Part shown: positions 17,238 through 25,080 of the stretch, piece after piece
Position numbering within the stretch: position 1 is the stretch's first letter
Layout: every line of letters starts with the position of its first letter
From: Bacteriovoracaceae bacterium
Lineage (GTDB): Bacteria > Bdellovibrionota > Bacteriovoracia > Bacteriovoracales > Bacteriovoracaceae
Length of the DNA: 28,577 nt
Direction of reading: 5' to 3'
NCBI GenBank assembly: GCA_041586955.1
Contig: JBFGZE010000037.1
Span: 1 to 28,577, forward strand
Position numbers and translations under genes: made by a program
Notes under the pieces: generated by a model
What the model was told of the DNA's origin: nothing
What the model saw: the letters and a program-made list of their open reading frames with translations, nothing else
The model's database searches: none

Positions 17238-17915
17238 CTAGTTTTCCATAAGATTGGATTTTAATAATTCTTGGAACCCTTCTTTGTTTTCTTCCCATAT
17301 TTCTTTGAGACCTTTTTCTTCTGAAATGACTGGGGCCTCAAAGGTTAGAACAGGGGAATGATATTTTTCAGGACAATATTCACCTAATGAACCCGGTGTT
17401 GGATGGCCATCAATATCACCTAATATCTCATACTTATTGTACTTTGCAATGAATTCCGCTAAATGCTTGCAGTCCCCATTATAATTGAGGAAAGGTTTCC
17501 ACGAATGAAATGTAATAATATAACGAGCAGGATATTTTTGCAGTAATTTATCGAGGTAAATATTTTCTGGTTCGCAAAGAGGAAATTCTCCTGGGAAATA
17601 CTTGGCCGCCCTTGCTTCTTTGGTCCAAGATGTGGAGGCATAGTTGCGGTTGAGGTCTACTCCATGAGCATTAGTGCGAGAACCTGCTCGATAGCCATCA
17701 ATATTTAGGATGGGAACGACAATAAAACTATAGTTAATGTCCTCTTCTTCTTTGAGCCAATCAAAAAGTCGATTAAGAACATAAACGCCTTCAACTTCAT
17801 CACCATGGGTTCCTCCCAATAGATAAATATAACTCTCTGCTTTTTTCTCTGAGCGAAAGGCCACAATTTCATCGCCCTCCACGGATTTCCCTGGTTTTAA
17901 ATCCACAAAATTCAT
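17238..17915 (-). CDS. mpaA: Peptidase M14 zinc carboxypeptidase, murein peptide amidase A (MpaA)-like
   Basis: GGTHGDE (HxxE), NIDG, RTNAHGVDLNRN, EPE, TFHS, PTPGSLG, TFE; no signal peptide; RBS AGAGG. Confidence 0.75.
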   Translation of the reverse strand: MNFVDLKPGKSVEGDEIVAFRSEKKAESYIYLLGGTHGDEVEGVYVLNRLFDWLKEEEDINYSFIVVPILNIDGYRAGSRTNAHGVDLNRNYASTSWTKEARAAKYFPGEFPLCEPENIYLDKLLQKYPARYIITFHSWKPFLNYNGDCKHLAEFIAKYNKYEILGDIDGHPTPGSLGEYCPEKYHSPVLTFEAPVISEEKGLKEIWEENKEGFQELLKSNLMEN

Positions 17916-17959
17916 AAATACCTCTTCCTTAACTTTATTTTACTTGGAGTTGTTGCTCT

Positions 17960-17976
17960 TGGCGACATTTATGCCA
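17960..17976 (-). promoter_or_regulatory. Weak sigma54-like site upstream of the mpaA-GT4 pair
   Basis: Minus strand TGGCATAAATGTCGC has correct GG-N10-GC spacing about 45 nt upstream of ATG 17915, but the -12 box is TCGC rather than TTGC. Confidence 0.3.
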
Positions 17977-18167
17977 TTATTTTTCTAAACGCGTTCCGTC
18001 AAAGAGGCTTAAGGTAGGCAAGGCGTAAAATTTGGGGCATAATATGCGGCCAGGCCCATTTTTTTGACTTTTTAAGTTAATTATTAAAAGAGGTTGGACT
18101 ATGACTAAGGTCATTTATACCTTTGTTGGTAAGGAATAGGTGGCCTTAAGGTAAGATTGATAAAGGT

Positions 18168-19415
18168 ATGAGAAGTAAGATGGAAAACAGAGACTTAGAC
18201 CCAAAATTAGAAGCTGAATTACAACGCCAATTAGATATTTTAACTTTTGGAACCAGCGAAGTGACCCCTGGTCCCGAATTTATCAAAATGTTACGGCATT
18301 CTATTAGCACCAATACTCCCTTACGGGTTAAATGCGGAATCGATCCAACAGGAACTGATATTCACCTGGGCCATTTAGTACCTTTCCGCAAAATGCGTCA
18401 ATTTCAAGATTTAGGACATATTGGTGTCGTCATTATCGGTGATTACACCGCTTCAATCGGTGACCCTACTGGTAAGGTGGAGTCTCGCAATCACCTTGAT
18501 AAGGAGACTGTGACAGAAAATGCTAAGACTTATATGGAGCAAGTTTATACTGTTGTAGATCCCGCTAAAACAGAAGTTTGTTACCAGTCTGAATGGTTTA
18601 CTGACGTCGATCTGAGGACTCTCATCGGCTGGGCCGGGCAAACCACTGTCGCCAAGCTTTTAAGCCATGATACCTTTGCAAAAAGATTAGAAGAAGGTAA
18701 TCCTCTTTCATTGCATGAATTATTTTACCCTATGCTTCAGGGGATTGACTCTGTTTTTGTTAAGGCCGATGTAGAGCTTGGTGGAAGTGATCAAAAATTT
18801 AATGTCTTAATGGGGCGCGATTATCAAAAAAATAAAGGTCAGCGACCACAAGTTGCGATGCTTTTACCCATTATTACTGGGACTTGTGGTACCGCCAAAA
18901 TGAGTAAATCTCTTAATAATTATATTGGTATTAAAGACGAGCCTTTTCAGCAATTCGGTAAAGTCATGAGTATTCCTGATAGTCTTATGCTTGATTATTA
19001 TAAATACCTTACAGATATGACCGAAAAGGACTTCCTTGAGTTGCAAAAAGGCCTTGAAAGTGGGGAGCTCCATCCCAATGAGGCTAAAAAAACATTGGCC
19101 GAAACGATTGTCGGATTCTTCTATGGTGCCGACATCGGTAAAGAGATGCGGACAGAATTTGAGAATGTTTTTAAGAAAGGTGGAGTTCCAGATGATGCTC
19201 CTGAATTTACTTTTAAACGGGGTGAAACTCTAGTCGATAATTTACACGAGTCTGGCATTCTGGCGTCCAAAGGTGAGGTTCGCCGCATGTTTAAACAAAA
19301 TGCTGTAAGTATTGTGGATGGCGACAAATTAAAAGATATGGAACAATCCATGGACGAGTCTTTTGCTGGCCAAGTAATTAAAATTGGTAAAAGAAAATTT
19401 CTTCGCTTGAAATAA
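18168..19415 (+). CDS. tyrS: Tyrosine--tRNA ligase
   Basis: GIDPTG.DIHLGH (HIGH), IGDPTG, YPMLQG.D, ELGGSDQKFN, KMSKS, C-terminal S4-like domain ending KIGKRKF. True start may be ATG 18180. Confidence 0.97.
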   Translation: MRSKMENRDLDPKLEAELQRQLDILTFGTSEVTPGPEFIKMLRHSISTNTPLRVKCGIDPTGTDIHLGHLVPFRKMRQFQDLGHIGVVIIGDYTASIGDPTGKVESRNHLDKETVTENAKTYMEQVYTVVDPAKTEVCYQSEWFTDVDLRTLIGWAGQTTVAKLLSHDTFAKRLEEGNPLSLHELFYPMLQGIDSVFVKADVELGGSDQKFNVLMGRDYQKNKGQRPQVAMLLPIITGTCGTAKMSKSLNNYIGIKDEPFQQFGKVMSIPDSLMLDYYKYLTDMTEKDFLELQKGLESGELHPNEAKKTLAETIVGFFYGADIGKEMRTEFENVFKKGGVPDDAPEFTFKRGETLVDNLHESGILASKGEVRRMFKQNAVSIVDGDKLKDMEQSMDESFAGQVIKIGKRKFLRLK

Positions 19416-19422
19416 GGTCTCT

Positions 19423-20067
19423 ATGAATAAAAGTGCATTAAATAAATCATTAACCTATTTAAAAAAAATATTTTCTGAAGACCATAAGGCGATATCGGCG
19501 GTTAAATATTTGTTGAGTCAGGTTGAACAGTTAGAAGAATCAATACCGAAAAATAGTTCAGGCGAAAGGTTTCCCTTGCCCGACCAATTAGTTGATCAAG
19601 GTTATCACTTTGCCCTTTATAGTGATGGTGCGTGTCGCGGAAATCCCGGTCCTGGCGCCTGGGGGATGATGGGACAAGATCAAACTGGTGCCATCATATT
19701 TCAATCAAGCAGCGTCGAAATGATGACCACTAATAATAGAATGGAATTAGCGGGTGCTATTGCCGCCTTAAAAGAGTTATTAGACTACCGTGGAACCCAT
19801 TTTTTAGAAGAAAAGGTGGTACTCTTTAGTGATTCCAAGTATGTTGTAGATGGGATTACGAAATGGGTTGCTGGATGGAAAAAGCGCCAATGGAAAAAGG
19901 CAGATAAAAAGGAACCTGAAAACCTTGAGCTTTGGAAAGATCTCGATCGTCTTGTTTCCCAATTTTCGGCCATCGATTTTGAATGGGTGAAAGGACATGC
20001 AGGGCATCCTCAAAATGAATATTGTGATCATTTGGCCAATATTGCATTGGACCAAATTGGTAAATAA
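19423..20067 (+). CDS. rnhA: Ribonuclease HI with ~60-aa N-terminal extension
   Basis: YSDGACRGNPGPGAWG, TTNNRMEL, SDSKYV, W...WK...WK, WVKGHAGHPQNE.CD.LA. Confidence 0.95.
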   Translation: MNKSALNKSLTYLKKIFSEDHKAISAVKYLLSQVEQLEESIPKNSSGERFPLPDQLVDQGYHFALYSDGACRGNPGPGAWGMMGQDQTGAIIFQSSSVEMMTTNNRMELAGAIAALKELLDYRGTHFLEEKVVLFSDSKYVVDGITKWVAGWKKRQWKKADKKEPENLELWKDLDRLVSQFSAIDFEWVKGHAGHPQNEYCDHLANIALDQIGK

Positions 20068-20593
20068 AACACTTAAAATTTTAATGCTAGTGGCCTTAGG
20101 TCTAGGTCTGAGCAGTTGTGCCCAGTCCGCGAAGGTCAAAATCAAACAAACCCGCATTCAAGAATTCCAACAAGACAATTTTTCTCCCATTCCCCATGTT
20201 CTCGCAATGACAAAGCTTCAGTTAAAAAATCTTGACTGGTCTAGGCGATCCCGTTCTCCTCGTCCTTGGATTGGGATTGTTGCACAAAAGAAATACCTAC
20301 CTCTTGTTAAGCTAAAACTTAAGAATGTTTTATCTTTGGCAGACGCCAAAGGCGTCACAATTCATTGGTTTGTCTCTCATGAAAGCGGCCAAACGGAAAG
20401 TCAGAATGGTCAAACCCATTCCTTTGACGATCGTCGTCAACTTCTTTTGAAAATGGATAGGATGAGTCAGGTATCGCCCTGCGTTTTTGTTATCGATTCC
20501 TCCATTGACCTTGGGCATTGGACTATTCAGGAAAAGCAACAATACCATCATCTTTTTTCAAGGTTTTTTTATTTTGATCGTTATCGGTTCTAG
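20057..20593 (+). CDS. Hypothetical lipoprotein
   Basis: Lipobox LSSC after a hydrophobic stretch; start more likely TTG 20057 (or ATG 20084) than the track's 19997. Confidence 0.6.
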   Translation: MVNKTLKILMLVALGLGLSSCAQSAKVKIKQTRIQEFQQDNFSPIPHVLAMTKLQLKNLDWSRRSRSPRPWIGIVAQKKYLPLVKLKLKNVLSLADAKGVTIHWFVSHESGQTESQNGQTHSFDDRRQLLLKMDRMSQVSPCVFVIDSSIDLGHWTIQEKQQYHHLFSRFFYFDRYRF

Positions 20594-20667
20594 TTTTAGG
20601 CACTTGAAAAAACCGAGGGAAAGAGATAATCTTTTATTAATTTATAATTATACAAAGGAAGTTATCG

Positions 20668-21432
20668 ATGAAAGGGAAGTCTATTGTATTGAGTCTCGCT
20701 TTAGGGATGTCTTTGATTGGCTGTAAGAAAGCTGAGAAAAAGGTTGAAATTAAAACTGAAGAAGATAAAACATTTTACACGATTGGTTCAATGCTAGGGC
20801 AACGACTTGCCACATTGGGACTTAATGACCAAGAGATTGGTGCAGTGACAAAAGGTATTGTTGACGCGGCTAAAGGTAAAGAACCATTGGTTGCTGTTCG
20901 TGACTACCAACCAAAGGTTCAGGAATTATTCCGTGAGCGTATGAAAAAGCAGTCTAGTAAAACCAAAGAAGACGGGAAAAAATTCCTTGAAAGCTTTGTG
21001 AGTAAAGAGGGTGCCCAGAAAACAGCATCTGGCCTGGCCTATAAAATCCTTAAGGCGGGAACCGGTAAAAAACCAACCGCTACGGATACTGTCGAAGTTC
21101 ATTATCACGGTACTTTAATCGATGGAACAGTATTTGATTCATCAGTTGATAGAAAGAAAACAGTTTCCTTTCCTCTTAATCGCGTCATTAAGGGCTGGAC
21201 AGAGGGCCTTCAATTAATTGGTGAAGGTGGGAAAATTCGCCTCGTGATTCCTGCTGAGTTGGCCTATGGTGATAGTGGTGCTCCTCCTAAGATCCCTGGT
21301 GGCGCAACCTTAAATTTTGAAGTTGAACTCTTCAAGGTAATGGCGCCTCAAGCGGCTCCAGCTCCGAAAGCAGCTCCGAAAGCAGCTCCGAAAAAAGCAG
21401 CTCCAAAAGCAGCAGCACCAGCTAAAAAATAA
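20668..21432 (+). CDS. fkpA: FKBP-type peptidyl-prolyl isomerase (FkpA/Mip-like lipoprotein) with Ala/Pro/Lys tail
   Basis: Lipobox LIGC; FKBP_N dimerisation helices; TASGL.Y, VHYHGTLIDGTVFDSS, VIKGWTEGL, IPAELAYG, IPGGATL.FEVEL. Confidence 0.92.
   Translation: MKGKSIVLSLALGMSLIGCKKAEKKVEIKTEEDKTFYTIGSMLGQRLATLGLNDQEIGAVTKGIVDAAKGKEPLVAVRDYQPKVQELFRERMKKQSSKTKEDGKKFLESFVSKEGAQKTASGLAYKILKAGTGKKPTATDTVEVHYHGTLIDGTVFDSSVDRKKTVSFPLNRVIKGWTEGLQLIGEGGKIRLVIPAELAYGDSGAPPKIPGGATLNFEVELFKVMAPQAAPAPKAAPKAAPKKAAPKAAAPAKK
21361..21411 (+). repeat. Coding tandem repeat (GCTCCGAAAGCA)n encoding APKA units
   Basis: Two exact 12-mers (21361-84), a 15-nt variant and a 1-mismatch copy. Confidence 0.9.
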
Positions 21433-21453
21433 TTAATAATTAAAGCATAAAAT

Positions 21454-21488
21454 AAAGGCCCCGTATCAATACGGGGCCTTTTTCTTTT
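21454..21488. terminator. Bidirectional Rho-independent terminator
   Basis: AAAGGCCCCGTA-TCAA-TACGGGGCCTTT with a T-run on the right and an A-run on the left, between convergent FKBP and pullulanase genes. Confidence 0.92.
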
Positions 21489-21514
21489 GGATGAAACTCT
21501 TCGTTAAATTTAAA

Positions 21515-24500
21515 CTATTTTAAAAAGTACACCATTAGACTCATACAAGGTACGCTAATTTTACCAGCTTTTTTATCAACAAAAGAGGCCTTTTTACTTG
21601 GGGCACCAGAATGATCAAGAAGATCTTTTACCCTTTCCTCTTTTGTGTCAATGATATCATCAGCTAGAACTAATTCCTTATCTCTGAGTTCGTCTTCTTG
21701 AAAGTGAAGCCAATCATTCCATGACGTGTTAAATAAAACATATGCAGCTTTATTGTCACTATCCAACCTTTCTCCCTTCAGATCATCAATTTTCATCACC
21801 AAAAGTCGCTCATCATGTTGACTATTATTATTATAGGTATTACCAGGAAAGCTAACCTTCTTTTGGACTTGTTCTTTTGTGTGAAGTCTAAATAGAGGTG
21901 AACTTTTTCTTGTTTTTAGCATGGTTTTAAACCATTCTAGATTGCTGATAATTTGCTCTTTTGTAGGGCCAGGTATTTTCTGGAGTCTTTCCTTCCAATT
22001 TGGCCATGCGTGAAGGTTTTCCTCTTGCCAGGCAGGAGGTAACCCCTTACGCCAGTTATTTGTCGTGTAGGTAAAATCTAGTTTATTGTACCAGTCACCT
22101 GAATTATATGAATTCTCATCACCAGATTTCGACCTTAAGATTTCCACTCCTGCATGAAAGAATGGTATCCCTTGGGCAAGTGAAATAAAACCAATTCCCA
22201 TTTGTTGCATTTGAACAATCTTTTCCATCGGTGCCCATAGCCCAGCTTTTGCGATAAGATGATCGTAAAGGGTCGCCTTATCATGAGCTGTCAGGTAATT
22301 GATACTTTCTGCTGGATTATTATAGATCCCATCATGCCAATCATTAAGAGTTCCCCTCAGTGATAGCTTAACTTGATCTTTGTTCTGAGTCTTATCTGTT
22401 AAATAGGAGTCATCGACGAATAACTCTCTTTCATTTTGACCTTTTCCTTTAATGCTATCTCTAAATACATTATTAAAACTGCCAGTTCCGTTATCTAGCG
22501 AGCTTGCTCCATATTGGTGAAGTGCTTCACTAGGTAGGAGCCACTTTAAAGAACCAAAGTCCCATCCTTCTCCGTAGAGATAAACTTTCTTTCCGTTCAC
22601 TCCATCCTTTTCAAGGGTTAAGTCATCAATAGATTTACGAATATCTCTTAATGTATCCTTTGTAAGGAAATTCATTAAATCAAACCGAACACCATCTAGC
22701 TTATAATATTTAACCCATTTAACAGTAGCGTCCTTAATGAGCTTTCTCATCATTTTATGCTCACTTGCCGTGTCAAAACAGCAAGAGTCTTTTGTCGCAT
22801 TACCAAAATGATCTAATCTATAATAATAATCGGGAACAATTTTGTTAAAAACAGTATTGTCATAGGTATGATTAAATACCATATCGGCAATAACTCTAAG
22901 GCCATTCTCATGTAGATTCTTAACAGCGCTTCGAAGTTCTAATGTCCTCGCTGCACCATTTGTATTCGTTGCGTAAGCCCCCTCTGGCACCATAAAGTGG
23001 TGAGGATCATAACCCCAATTAAAACCATCTTGATCTTTTAATTTTGCAATTATTTTTTGCTGCTCATCACTATCGACAGGAAGACTTTCTAGTACTTCAA
23101 TAATCGTTTTATCCTTTTGAGGGTGGCGAGGATCAATTTTCTCCATTTTATCGGTAATCTCTATTCGTTCTTCTTTTGCTTCGTTAATCGAGGCCATATC
23201 ATTAATAGGCAGGAGATGAATGTGGGTTAGTCCAGCTTCTGCGAGGGACTTAAGGTGGTTTATACCATTAGTCTCTTTATGAGAAAAGGCCATAAATGTT
23301 CCTTTGTGCTCCTCAGGAACAGTGTCATCAAACATACTGAAATCTCTTGTGTGAAGCTCATAGATGGCCATGTCAGTAGGGTTCTTTAAGGGATAATGAT
23401 TTAGCGTATTATGCTTCTTCCAATTTGTGGGAAGAAAATCATTTTCAAGGTCAACAATTTGGCTTCTTTTACTATTCTCACTAAGCGAGAGAGAATAGGG
23501 ATCCGTAATTGTGACTCTTTCCACACTGCCGCTTTCTCTATGAAATTGTTCAATATCATAAAGGTAATAAGCGTTTTTATAATCTAGTGGTAGATTTGTA
23601 GACCAAACTCCTTTCTCTCCTTCCTTTAGGGAAACTTCAGTGAAATCTTCTGAATTATGATTTTTATAGAGTTTTACTTTTACTGTTTTAGCAGTTGGTG
23701 ACCATATCTTTATTGTGATCTTATCCGCCTTCACTACCGCACCTAAATCATCACCTTTATAATAAAACAATTCATCAAGAACTCCGGCCTTTTGAGTACC
23801 GGATTGTTCTATAATATTTCCTTGAGCATCTCTGGCAATCAAGACGATATGATCTTTTATCATGTCTTGAGCATCTTTTTCTGATAGGTTAAATTTAATT
23901 TTTTTGAACTGGTGAGTCTCGAGGAAGTCCCATCTTTTTTTAAACTCAGGGTCATCTGAATGAAATCCTCCCGTCATTGATCCCACAATTCCTTTTACTT
24001 CCTTGCCGTCACAGATGACCTTATTGTCAACAATTCTGATATCGCCGGTAGCAGAGTGGTAAAGTTCAAAGTGAGAATTCTCTTGAAAATCATGAGGTAA
24101 AGTATTAGGCCATGCAAAGGTATCGGGTGTGACCCATTTTGCCTTTAGGTCGTATACCTTTTGAAGGGCCTTAGTGGCCTCATCCTTTTCATAGAAAACT
24201 TTAGAGGCGCCTTGAATTAAATAGACTTTATCTGATCGTTTAGGGTCTATGGTAACTGGACCTAGGTCAACTTGGCCGTTTTTGTGGATGATAGCGTAAA
24301 CGAGGGAGTCATTTTTTAAATCTAAATTAACGACTTTATTTTGTAGGCGATGGACCTCCGGCCAAGTCGTTTTATCTTTATCTTGTAAGGAATTACCCCA
24401 TACATGTACCCCATAACTTGCTTCATCTGCGTCTTTTCGAATGTATTCTATTTCATAGGCACTTGATGAAATACAATAAAAGGTGAAAAGCAAAAAATAA

Positions 24501-24523
24501 ATGTAAGATTTAAAATGACTCAT
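21515..24523 (-). CDS. pulA: Secreted pullulanase-type alpha-1,6-glucosidase (GH13)
   Basis: Signal peptide; WSPTA/DPYS (CBM48 region), IYELH.RDFS, FNWGYDP, DMVFNH, DGVRFDLM (nucleophile), YGEGW (acid/base), NYLTAHD, QGIPFFHAG.E.LRSKS.D.NSYNSGDW.N. Confidence 0.92.
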   Translation of the reverse strand: MSHFKSYIYFLLFTFYCISSSAYEIEYIRKDADEASYGVHVWGNSLQDKDKTTWPEVHRLQNKVVNLDLKNDSLVYAIIHKNGQVDLGPVTIDPKRSDKVYLIQGASKVFYEKDEATKALQKVYDLKAKWVTPDTFAWPNTLPHDFQENSHFELYHSATGDIRIVDNKVICDGKEVKGIVGSMTGGFHSDDPEFKKRWDFLETHQFKKIKFNLSEKDAQDMIKDHIVLIARDAQGNIIEQSGTQKAGVLDELFYYKGDDLGAVVKADKITIKIWSPTAKTVKVKLYKNHNSEDFTEVSLKEGEKGVWSTNLPLDYKNAYYLYDIEQFHRESGSVERVTITDPYSLSLSENSKRSQIVDLENDFLPTNWKKHNTLNHYPLKNPTDMAIYELHTRDFSMFDDTVPEEHKGTFMAFSHKETNGINHLKSLAEAGLTHIHLLPINDMASINEAKEERIEITDKMEKIDPRHPQKDKTIIEVLESLPVDSDEQQKIIAKLKDQDGFNWGYDPHHFMVPEGAYATNTNGAARTLELRSAVKNLHENGLRVIADMVFNHTYDNTVFNKIVPDYYYRLDHFGNATKDSCCFDTASEHKMMRKLIKDATVKWVKYYKLDGVRFDLMNFLTKDTLRDIRKSIDDLTLEKDGVNGKKVYLYGEGWDFGSLKWLLPSEALHQYGASSLDNGTGSFNNVFRDSIKGKGQNERELFVDDSYLTDKTQNKDQVKLSLRGTLNDWHDGIYNNPAESINYLTAHDKATLYDHLIAKAGLWAPMEKIVQMQQMGIGFISLAQGIPFFHAGVEILRSKSGDENSYNSGDWYNKLDFTYTTNNWRKGLPPAWQEENLHAWPNWKERLQKIPGPTKEQIISNLEWFKTMLKTRKSSPLFRLHTKEQVQKKVSFPGNTYNNNSQHDERLLVMKIDDLKGERLDSDNKAAYVLFNTSWNDWLHFQEDELRDKELVLADDIIDTKEERVKDLLDHSGAPSKKASFVDKKAGKISVPCMSLMVYFLK

Positions 24524-24643
24524 GAACTAATTCTCCCCCGTCTAGAGATTGTCGATTTATTTTACAGTTGCTCAAATGCTGACAACATTTGGGCCCTATA
24601 TTTAAGCTAATTAAGAAAAATTATCTCTTTTGAAAGGATATTC

Positions 24644-24659
24644 TGCAAAGGGCATACCA
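24644..24659 (-). promoter_or_regulatory. Sigma54-like promoter for the pullulanase
   Basis: Minus strand TGGTATG-CCCT-TTGCA, correct -24/-12 spacing, about 120 nt upstream of ATG 24523. Confidence 0.55.
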
Positions 24660-25080
24660 AAACCTTGATAAGGCCTTTTACAAGGGATATGGCAGCTTTG
24701 TTCAATTGCTTGCTTGAAAGACCTCATTGCTTCTTTAGGTTTTTATAGTTTGGTCGGTTGGAATGTTAGACATCAAGGCCCCCTTGGAATAATGGTTCAA
24801 ATTTTTTAACTTATTCATAAATTGAGGTAAGTAACATCTATTATCACTCTGTTTAAAAATCCCTATATAAAGAGGATCGCTCACATTTTCTTGGGGAAAA
24901 AGTGGAGTGCCTCGCTGTTTTTACACTTTTCCACTTTTTCTGGGCACAAACGCGATAAATGGATTTTGTTTAGCAAATTCAATAAGTTACTTAAATCAAA
25001 AGCGGAGCAAAATTTTTCAGAAGTATTAATAATGTCATGTGCTTTCTTATCTATAATTATTAAAAAAGAGGGGAGATCGT

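Noticed and set aside
18000..18167. Possible T-box leader upstream of tyrS (AATAGGTGGCC)
   Set aside because: Lacks the GGTGGNACC core and a following terminator hairpin with U-tract.
24620..24705. Possible c-di-GMP-I riboswitch (GAAA, GCAAAG, TATGGCAGC fragments)
   Set aside because: No GGCAAAC/GACGC junction or CTAA receptor in the right order; a minus-strand sigma54 site explains part of it. An Infernal search would settle it.
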